From the NCBI GenBank assembly GCA_050050135.1, contig JASFUW010000003.1:1-34464 (forward strand): a DNA stretch of 34,464 bases. The letters run 5' to 3'. The translations under genes and the position numbers were made by a program. Positions within the stretch are counted from its first letter, which is position 1. Each line of letters opens with the position of its first letter. The notes beneath the pieces were generated by a model that made no database searches, was not told where the DNA came from, and was given only the letters and a program-made list of their open reading frames with translations. Source of the stretch: Phycisphaerae bacterium (lineage in GTDB: Bacteria; Planctomycetota; Phycisphaerae; UBA1845). Positions 27,234 through 34,464 of this stretch are shown piece after piece.

Positions 27234-28433
27234 TCATTGTGCGGCCACGCCCATCGTCAAAATCGGCAGCAGCAACGCCACCATGATGCAAAAGACGATC
27301 GAGGCCATGATCACCAACAGAATCGGCTCAAACACGCGCACGCCGAGATCGATCATTCGTGCGGTGCGCGATTCGTTCGTATCCGCAATCTGCACCAGAA
27401 CGGTCTCCAGGTTGTTGCTCTCCTCGGCCACGGCGATCATGTCGACCACCGCGGGCGGGAAGAGCCCGGACGCGCCGAGCGGGTTTGACAGCGCCGCTCC
27501 CTTCTTGACGCTGTCTGCCGACTCGGCGATGACGTCCGCGAGAATCTGGTTGCCGGCCGAGTCCTTGGATATCTTGAGCGCTTGAAGAATCGGCACGCCG
27601 TTGTGCAGCATGGTCCCGAGGATTCGGCAAAACCGACAGATCGCCACCATGGTCATGATATTCCCGAGAATCGGGGCCTTGAGCTTGAAGCGCTCGAACA
27701 CCATGCGGCCTTGTTTGGTGTTGATCAGCATCCAGAGCGCGAAACCGACGGCGACGGCGCCGATGATCAGGCTCACGTAGTGATGTTGCAGGATGTCGCA
27801 GACTTTGAATACGAAAACGGTCATGAAGTTGAACGTCTCGGGTCTCAAATAGGGGCGGAGCTTGGGCACGACCGTGGTGAGCAAGAGAACGACGACCGCG
27901 CCGCCGACGAAAACCAGGATGCACGGGTAGATCATCGCGCCGACGACCTTGTTGCGGAGCTCGTCCTGCTTCTCCGAGAAGATGGCGATTCGTTGCAGGA
28001 CCTCTTCGAGGAACCCGCCCTGCTCGCCCGCACGGACCATCGAGGCGTGCAGGGGCGAGAAGACGCGCGGGTGTTTGGCCATCGCGTCTCCGAGTGACAT
28101 ACCGCCGGCAACGTCCTCCCGGAGTTCTTTGACCATGTGCGAGAGCGATCCGTGCGAACCCTGGCCGGAGAGCACGTCCAACGCCCTGAGCATAGGCACT
28201 CCGGCTTGGAGCAGGTCGGCAAGTTGGCTGTAGAAGGTCGTCAAATGCCGCGTTTTGACGCGACGGCGAGCGGTGAACGGAATCTTGCTTTCCTCGATTC
28301 CCTCGGTGACGTTGACGGGGAACAAGGCCTTCTCGTCGAGTTGGCGCAAGGCGACCTGGTAGTTCTCGGCCGTCAAAACGCCGCTGACGGGCTTGCCGGT
28401 CTCGTTGATCGCCTTGTAGGTAAAACTCGGCAC
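27234..28433 (-). CDS. gspF: Inner-membrane platform protein GspF/PilC
   Basis: FTYKA, QLADLLQAGVP, MVRAGEQGGFL, AMIYP, LGTMLHNGVP, MIAVAEES, FEPILL, ALLLPI; GTG start. Confidence 0.96.
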   Translation of the reverse strand: MPSFTYKAINETGKPVSGVLTAENYQVALRQLDEKALFPVNVTEGIEESKIPFTARRRVKTRHLTTFYSQLADLLQAGVPMLRALDVLSGQGSHGSLSHMVKELREDVAGGMSLGDAMAKHPRVFSPLHASMVRAGEQGGFLEEVLQRIAIFSEKQDELRNKVVGAMIYPCILVFVGGAVVVLLLTTVVPKLRPYLRPETFNFMTVFVFKVCDILQHHYVSLIIGAVAVGFALWMLINTKQGRMVFERFKLKAPILGNIMTMVAICRFCRILGTMLHNGVPILQALKISKDSAGNQILADVIAESADSVKKGAALSNPLGASGLFPPAVVDMIAVAEESNNLETVLVQIADTNESRTARMIDLGVRVFEPILLVIMASIVFCIMVALLLPILTMGVAAQ

Positions 28434-28969
28434 GCGTTGCTCGCTCGCTTCTTAAGGCCCATCGCCCCTTGATTCGGCGTTCGCTGCTCCTCTCTCGGTC
28501 GTCGCTCTGCGGCCGCCGGTCATGAGTCGCGGTTTCCGCTCAACCCCGGCCTCGATGGGGCACGGGGTGTCCAACACCGAATTCGGGGCCGGGTGGTGGA
28601 CCATTTCGTCGGAAATTCGGCGAATCGCAGGCGGGGTTGAACGACACGATCAGACCCTCCCTGGTCCATCTCACGTCCACAGCGCAACCAACCGTCTCCG
28701 CGGGGCTGCGGCGGGCAAGCTAGCCCGCATCTGTTTCTTCGTCAATCGTCCGTTCCCACCGCACAGATTCGCGCGTCCGCTCATGATGGACGCGCTGAGC
28801 GCCCGACGGGCACCCCGGGACCTTGTACACCGCGCGGCACCGGTCGATTGCATTGCTGGAAGGCCGATAGAACGGCGGCATGAGGTGCTCCGGCAGTGCT
28901 GGGAACCGCGAACCCGACCCGGGGGACGGTCGGACCGGGCGGGCCTGCGGCTTCGCATCGACGGTCTCA

Positions 28970-29668
28970 CTATGCCCTTTCGACGTGCCCGCTGGCTCCG
29001 CCGGGCCGACCCGACAGGGAGGCGACGAGGGACGCAATCCGGGCCACAACCTCGGCGATCGTGAGGTCCGTCGTATCAACCACGAACGCGTTGCCCGGCA
29101 CAAGCAGCGGTGCCCAGTGGCGTGCGTCCGCTTGATCGCGCAGGCGCAAATCCCGCTCGACCACGCGCTGATCGACGTCAACGCCCCTGTCCAGGAACTC
29201 CCGCAGACGGCGCTCGACGCGCTTCTCGAGGGTCGCTTCGAGAATGACTTTTGCGTCCGCGTCGGGGAAGACCACACTGCCCTGGTCCCGGCCTTCGGTC
29301 ACGAAGGTTTTCAATTGCCGCCCGATCCGGCGTTGCCGTTCGACCAGGACCGTTCTGATGTCAGGGTTTTGGGCGATGGCCGCGGTGTGTTCGCTGACCT
29401 GCATGGTGCGGATCGCTTTGGTGGCGTCGGTCCCGTCGACGAAGACCTTCGTCTCGACCGCCCCACCGTGCACCTCGAGCTCGATGTTGCGGGCAAGGTC
29501 GAGCAACGCCGAAGGGTCCTTGAAGTTGACGCCCCGGTTGAGTGCCGCGAATGCGACAGCACGATACATGGCCCCGGTGTCGAGGTAGGCGATCCCCAGA
29601 TGGGACGCCAGCTCGCGTGCAACCGTGGATTTTCCCGATGCAGCACAGCCGTCAATCGTGATGATCAT
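28970..29668 (-). CDS. cmk: Cytidylate kinase
   Basis: IITIDGCAASGKST, YLDTGAMYR, EGRDQGSVVFPDA, RDQAD, VDTT. Confidence 0.95.
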   Translation of the reverse strand: MIITIDGCAASGKSTVARELASHLGIAYLDTGAMYRAVAFAALNRGVNFKDPSALLDLARNIELEVHGGAVETKVFVDGTDATKAIRTMQVSEHTAAIAQNPDIRTVLVERQRRIGRQLKTFVTEGRDQGSVVFPDADAKVILEATLEKRVERRLREFLDRGVDVDQRVVERDLRLRDQADARHWAPLLVPGNAFVVDTTDLTIAEVVARIASLVASLSGRPGGASGHVERA

Positions 29669-29733
29669 TGCGCGACGTGCCCCCCGTCACGTACAGCCGA
29701 GGCGACAACGCCGAGGGGCGCTCCCCGTAGGAT

Positions 29734-29907
29734 TCACGTTGCTTCCTCGTTCGAAGCCACTTCATCCAAATACTTCTGGAACTCGCCGGTCTTGAAGGAA
29801 ATGAAGCAGAACGCATGGTGAATCGCGAGATACTCCAGATCCGTCTTGTCATCCTCCGCCTCGTGGCGGAGTTCGTTGAGTTTTGCGAGAATCTGCTCGG
29901 CTCTCAT
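29734..29907 (-). CDS. Small hypothetical protein (~57 aa, predicted helical)
   Basis: MRAEQILAKLNELRHEAEDDKTDLEYLAIHHAFCFISFKTGEFQKYLDE has protein-like composition and GC3-rich codons; alternative start at 29937. Confidence 0.7.
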   Translation of the reverse strand: MRAEQILAKLNELRHEAEDDKTDLEYLAIHHAFCFISFKTGEFQKYLDEVASNEEAT

Positions 29908-30083
29908 GTCTGTCTGGTCCGTCTGGTAGAGCTTCATGGACGCGGTCGCAGACCGTCGCACGGCGTTTGACCACGTCGTCCCTGGTAGTCCGACACGGGC
30001 TCATGATAACCCGTTGCTACGGTTTGATAAACGGGTGTGAACTGCGCCGGGCAACCGGCGAACGGGTCCGTGCTACCGGGCGG

Positions 30084-30677
30084 TCACTCGGTGCCTTCCG
30101 GTATCTCGACGGGCGTGACCTGCTCGATAAGCTGGATCAGCGAGCGTACGTCAAAGGGCTTGCTGAGATACGCGTGGAAGCCCCCCTGAAGCAAGGCCTG
30201 GCCTTCGCCCTGGGTCAGCCCGGGGGCGGTCCCGATCAATCGGACGGATTCCGCAGGCGCGAGGGTCCGTACGAACCGTGTGACGACCGCAGGGGTGATG
30301 TCGGGGAGCGTCATGTCGACAACGAAGACGTCGGGTTCGAGTTCGCGTGCGGCGGCGCCGGCCTCGAGAGCGGAGCCCGCGGTTGCGACCTCGTAGCCTC
30401 CGTTCTCGGTGAGCGCCACACGCAGTGTGTCGGTGAGCCCGAGATCGCCGTCGAGGATCAGGACGCGTATCAGGCCCTGGTCAAGCCCGTTAAGGGGCAT
30501 GCCGTGGGCGCGCATGAACCGAACGAGATGCTCGACAGGAATCCGGCGATCTTTGCTTCCCGGTATGCGATAACCGCGCAACTGCCCGGCGTCGAACCAC
30601 TTGGAGACCGTCCGCGGAGCTACGTTGCAGAGCCTGGCGACTTCCCCCGTCGTCAGCACGGTTTTTCGAGTATGCAT
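30084..30677 (-). CDS. Excisionase-like HTH + receiver-domain regulator
   Basis: LTTGEVARLCNVAPRTVSKWFDAGQLRGYRIPGSKDRRIP (Xis/MerR-like HTH), then REC motifs VLILD, PDVFVVDMTLP and YLSKPF. Confidence 0.9.
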   Translation of the reverse strand: MHTRKTVLTTGEVARLCNVAPRTVSKWFDAGQLRGYRIPGSKDRRIPVEHLVRFMRAHGMPLNGLDQGLIRVLILDGDLGLTDTLRVALTENGGYEVATAGSALEAGAAARELEPDVFVVDMTLPDITPAVVTRFVRTLAPAESVRLIGTAPGLTQGEGQALLQGGFHAYLSKPFDVRSLIQLIEQVTPVEIPEGTE

Positions 30678-30761
30678 CGACTACGTCGTCACCCTGTCAG
30701 GTGATTGTGCGAGGAGGACGCCCCGTTGTGGCGCGCGCTGCGCCTCGGGGCGAGCCGCTGG

Positions 30762-30777
30762 TGCCGATTCATCGGCA
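30762..30777. promoter_or_regulatory. Palindrome, candidate operator upstream of the HTH-REC gene
   Basis: TGCCGAT-TC-ATCGGCA, ~85 nt upstream of ATG 30677. Confidence 0.3.
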
Positions 30778-30886
30778 GGCAGCCGACCTTACATTGGCCA
30801 ACCCCACGGACTGTGGTACGGCTTGCCCGGTTCTTACGACAACGCCCGGCAACCGATCCCAGTTGCCTGGTCTTGGGGAGATGGCA

Positions 30887-30917
30887 GGGACAGACAGGTC
30901 CTATAAAAGTCTGTCCC
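30887..30917. repeat. Intergenic inverted repeat
   Basis: GGGACAGAC-(13 nt)-GTCTGTCCC, perfect 9-bp arms. Confidence 0.5.
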
Positions 30918-31271
30918 GCTAGGCCTACCGGCCTTGGGATCGTAGACCGCCCAACCGCCAGCGTCCACCCATGGAAACGGGAAGCGAAGAAAAACGTCGA
31001 GATCGCCGTACGACGGGCGTGCGACGGCGGCGTCGAGGAACGGTTTGGCGCATCGTTTGCAAGCGCATCGGTCGAGGGGTGCTTCCGGATGATCGCCGGC
31101 ATTCCGTACCGCGGGGACGTGAGCCACACCATGGAGCGCAGGCGCCGGTAGCTCCGCCGCGCGGTGAGGGTGTAGCTCGGCGCTTGGAAAGGCTAACAGA
31201 ACCAATGGGTGAGGGATGAGATCCCGCTCTCCGGGCGCGCCGGGAACCCGGCTCGGCTCTGTTAAGCGGGG

Positions 31272-32348
31272 TCAGTCAGGCAGGACCAGCACGTGTCCGA
31301 CCTGCAGGCGTTTTGGGTCACCATGCACGACGTCCTTGTTCAGGTCGAAGATCTCCTGCCAACGCGATGCGTCGCCCAGTTGATCCTGGGCGATGCCGTA
31401 GAACGTGTCGCCGGTCTTGACGGTGTAGGTTTGACGGTTCACGCCACTCCGCGCGTTTCCGGCGGCAGACGACTGGCTCGCCTTGTCGATTGAGCCCTCG
31501 GGAGGCTTTTCGGGAATCTTGACCGTCATGCCGACCGTGAGTCTGTTCGGATTCCGGATGTGCGGGTTGCCATCGATGAGGAACTGCGTGTATTTGGTGC
31601 TTCCGTAGTACTGCTGGGCTAGCGACGACATCGTGTCACCCGGCAGGACGCGGTGCGTTTCAACGGCCGACTGGTCCCGTTTGGCGGTCCGCCTTGCGGC
31701 GGGTTGGGGACCGTTGTTTCGTTTGCCAACCAATGGGACCGGTCGCCGGGTCGGGTTTTTCGCGGCCTGTCCCGCCCGTGTCGGTGTGGCGGACCTGGGT
31801 CGGTCGCGCGTCGCCACCTTGGTCCGAGCCGGCGAGGCGGCGCCGGTTTCCGTGTCGCCGCTCTTCGTGTCGGCGGGGAGGGCGGTCTCGGGAGCGTTCG
31901 TCCGTCGGTTCGCCGTTGTCTTCCGATCTGCAAAGGCCTCGGGCCTGAGTTGCGTGTGCCGCTTGCGCCCCTCGGCGAGCTTGGCGGGGGCGGATTGGGA
32001 CGGGTCCGACGCATCGGCGCGCTTGCTCGGTCTGGGCTTTGGCTGGCGAACGGTTGGCGATTCGGCGGAGGCCGGGCGGCGCGCGGCCGCGCGAGGCGTA
32101 TTCCGCTCGGTACCGGTCCGAACCGCCTGTTTGCCCCGATTGCGGGCCGCGGGCCGTCGTGCATCGCGTCCGGTCGGTTTGGTCGCGGTGGTCGTCCGGT
32201 CCGCGGGCACGTTCGAGTCGATACCTACTTTGTCTGCCGACGCCAGGGGAATCGGCGTCTCGCTCCGGTCGCGGTAGAGGTAGTAACCTCCGGCGACCAG
32301 GACGACGACCATCGAAATGACCACACCGAGCTTGACATCGGGGCGCAT
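31272..32348 (-). CDS. Membrane-anchored protein with two LysM domains
   Basis: ATG 32348 after AAGGGAG; TM VVISMVVVLVAGGYYLY; long basic linker; HRVLPGDTMSSLAQQYYG...LTVGMTVKIP and YTVKTGDTFYGIAQDQLG...LQVGHVLVLP. Confidence 0.93.
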   Translation of the reverse strand: MRPDVKLGVVISMVVVLVAGGYYLYRDRSETPIPLASADKVGIDSNVPADRTTTATKPTGRDARRPAARNRGKQAVRTGTERNTPRAAARRPASAESPTVRQPKPRPSKRADASDPSQSAPAKLAEGRKRHTQLRPEAFADRKTTANRRTNAPETALPADTKSGDTETGAASPARTKVATRDRPRSATPTRAGQAAKNPTRRPVPLVGKRNNGPQPAARRTAKRDQSAVETHRVLPGDTMSSLAQQYYGSTKYTQFLIDGNPHIRNPNRLTVGMTVKIPEKPPEGSIDKASQSSAAGNARSGVNRQTYTVKTGDTFYGIAQDQLGDASRWQEIFDLNKDVVHGDPKRLQVGHVLVLPD

Positions 32349-32675
32349 CGCAAACTCCCTTCTACTTCGCAGTCGAAAAGGCGGGAACGGCCTGGCATCC
32401 TTTCCAGCGCCCGAGCTGACCAAACCCGATCCAATGAGCGCCGCGCCAAGCCGCCGACAACATCAGACGTTGCCCGGAATCGCCGAGGAACTGTAACGCG
32501 CTGCAAGAACCCAGTCAAGCGATTTGCGGCGCACACTCGAACCGACGCCGCTCGAAACTCACAGGCAGAGGATACGGCGCGTGTCGGGTTTGCGGGCATA
32601 CGATTGCCGGGCGGCGCCGAGGGCAAGAACCTCGACACCGCCCATCGATCGTAGGTCTGAGAACAGGTCGTGCCG

Positions 32676-34464
32676 CTAGGCACCGACCGGTCGTGCGCCG
32701 GTAAGGTACCGGGCCTCACGTTGAGCTCGGAACAGAACAACACCCGCGGCGATCACGGTCAGCGCTACCCAGATCAATCGCCACGTGGAATCATCAACGG
32801 CAGCGAAGATGACCCCGACCAAACCGAGCGCCACAATGATGGTGATGACCGCGTTAAGCAACAAGGGGCGGTACAACAGCGGCGTGGCGATCCCGAGTGA
32901 GCTGTACGTACCGACGATGACACCGATCAACAGTGCGAAGCTGAACCCGTGCACGCCCTTTCCACCGAAAATGTACAGGACGGCCACCACCACGAAGGTC
33001 GTGATCGAGGTCAACAACGTCCGTGAGAGTGTCTGGTTGAGGCTGGTGTTGATGATCCTGGGGTTCAGCGACTCGACGCGTCCGCGATTCTCGCGGATTC
33101 GGTCGAACACCACGATCGTGTCGTTCAGGCTGTATCCGATCACCGTCAGAATGGCCGCGATCATCGGGAGATCGACCCGGAAGGGTTCGAGCAGCAGGGC
33201 GTCGCCGACCAGGGTGCCCGCCGCGTACTGGGCCAATACGACAAGTCCCAATGTGATGCTGACGTCGTGGATCAAGGCGACGATGGCGGCCAACCCGTAC
33301 TCCTTGGTCCCGAACCTGAGCCACAGGTACGACACGATCGCGCCGAGGGCCAGCACGATGGCGAACATGGTCTTGTTTTTCGTCTGACCGGCGACTTGCG
33401 GGGCGAACTGGATCACCTTGGACAGGGACTTTTCCTGCCCCAACGCGGCCTCGACCTGAGCGTGCAGGCCGCTGGCGAGCACGTCCGCCCACTGGACAGG
33501 GTCCTCGTCGTGGAGCAGTCCTTCGTCCACGGCGACGACCGCAAACTCACGATAGCCCGTCTCCCCGTCGGTGCGCGGCGTGCCGACCCCGAGGGGGAAG
33601 ACCGCGGACTTGCGGGTCGCGAACTGCTCGAACTCGGGCTGGAGGGCGATCTCCCTCATTCGCCGCTCGACCTCGGCGACGGTGACCACCTCTCCGCCGG
33701 CATCGAGGTTGACGTGGACGGCGGCGCCGCCGCGAAACTTCCTCACGTCGTAGGTCGCGTCGCCTCCGAGCACGTCGGAGAGGAAGTGATCATCCTGCTC
33801 GACGACGAAGAAGGGCTCTTTGGTGAGCTCTTCGTCCACGGTGGTCGTGAAGGTCAGGGCACGTTGAACGGAGAGACGATCTCCGAGCGCCGCCATGATC
33901 GCGGCTTGTACGAGTGCGCGATTGGTCTCGATGGTGACGACTTCGTACGAGCGCCCCGCGTCTCCGGACGGATCGAGTTCGCCGACGCTCTGCACGCGTG
34001 AGCTGTGCAGGCGCTCGATGCTCTTGAGGATTCCCTTTTGCGCGTCGGCGATCTTGGCCTTGAAACTGTCCAGGTTGAGTTGGCCGGGCTTCGCGTCGAA
34101 GACGGCACGGTGACCGTCCACGTTCATCCCGCCGCGCTCGACGAACGGCTCGATGGTCTGTCGCATAAGGGCGACCAGTTGTGTGCCGGTCAGGTCGGGT
34201 GATTCGAGCGTGAACTGTCCGGGTACCTCACCGACGGCTGCTTCGGCGTCACCCAACTGTCTCTCCGCCATGCGGAGCCAGTCGACCGCGGATTCGCCCT
34301 CCGCACCATCGCCGACGATGGCGGCCGCCATTTCTTCATCCGTCATCGCCACCCCGGGTTTGAGATCGACCCGGAGGCTCGTTCCACCCAAAAACTCGAT
34401 GTCGTAGATCGCCTCGGTCCGCGCGGTGCTCTGCCAGACAAACAGGCTCAGGCCAGCGACGACC
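32676..34464 (-). CDS. secF: Protein translocase SecF (probably the SecF half of a SecDF fusion); 5' end outside the window
   Basis: Frame open to the window edge; DIEFLGGT, YLWLRF, ALIHDV, IGYSLNDTIVVFDRIREN, NQTLSRTLLTS, GVIVGTYSS. Confidence 0.93.
   Translation of the reverse strand, partial: VVAGLSLFVWQSTARTEAIYDIEFLGGTSLRVDLKPGVAMTDEEMAAAIVGDGAEGESAVDWLRMAERQLGDAEAAVGEVPGQFTLESPDLTGTQLVALMRQTIEPFVERGGMNVDGHRAVFDAKPGQLNLDSFKAKIADAQKGILKSIERLHSSRVQSVGELDPSGDAGRSYEVVTIETNRALVQAAIMAALGDRLSVQRALTFTTTVDEELTKEPFFVVEQDDHFLSDVLGGDATYDVRKFRGGAAVHVNLDAGGEVVTVAEVERRMREIALQPEFEQFATRKSAVFPLGVGTPRTDGETGYREFAVVAVDEGLLHDEDPVQWADVLASGLHAQVEAALGQEKSLSKVIQFAPQVAGQTKNKTMFAIVLALGAIVSYLWLRFGTKEYGLAAIVALIHDVSITLGLVVLAQYAAGTLVGDALLLEPFRVDLPMIAAILTVIGYSLNDTIVVFDRIRENRGRVESLNPRIINTSLNQTLSRTLLTSITTFVVVAVLYIFGGKGVHGFSFALLIGVIVGTYSSLGIATPLLYRPLLLNAVITIIVALGLVGVIFAAVDDSTWRLIWVALTVIAAGVVLFRAQREARYLTGARPVGA

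Noticed and set aside
28522-29277. ORFs between gspF and cmk as a possible missing T2SS gene
   Set aside because: No Walker motifs, TM segments or pilin signal; they partly overlap cmk
30084-30677. Excisionase as a sign of a prophage or integrative element
   Set aside because: The HTH is fused to a receiver domain; no integrase, att site, tRNA or phage genes are nearby
30760-30800. Complete sigma28 promoter
   Set aside because: The GCCGAT core is present but there is no TAAA -35 at canonical spacing; kept only as a palindrome
30689-31219. ORFs 30689-31132, 30705-31151, 30834-31205 and 30971-31219
   Set aside because: Overlapping, no motifs, composition typical of non-coding GC-rich frames
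1-34464. CRISPR arrays, tRNA/rRNA genes, IS elements, clear intrinsic terminators
   Set aside because: None seen by eye; the repeats are protein-level and highly diverged at the DNA level

Overview
High-GC bacterial DNA, most likely Planctomycetota (Phycisphaerae-like). That assignment is an inference from the GACC-type Cys-rich secreted protein, the HTH+REC regulator and the multi-repeat secretins. Almost all genes are on the minus strand. The core is a ~24.5 kb type II secretion/type IV pilus-family cluster (28433 to 3971): gspF, gspG, gspH, gspI, gspJ, gspK, a PilM-PilN (GspL-like) fusion, a GspM/PilO + Ig + GspC-like fusion, a ~2985-aa barrel-less secretin N-domain repeat protein, a ~1506-aa secretin and a lipoprotein. 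No GspE/PilB ATPase or prepilin peptidase is present in the window. The main finding is an apparently split, giant secretin. The first protein has N0 plus ~30 NolW-like repeats with Arg-rich loops and ends in the first half of a repeat. The second has its own signal peptide, starts with the missing second half, then has ~12 repeats with acidic loops and the beta-barrel. The two genes are in the same frame, separated by a single TGA. This suggests a very long, modular trans-periplasmic conduit. Flanking genes are a partial Cys-rich secreted protein (missed by the ORF track), panD, an HtrA protease, cmk, a small ORF, an excisionase-HTH/receiver regulator, a LysM protein and a partial secF/secDF. 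All domain calls are by-eye motif recognition; no searches were run.
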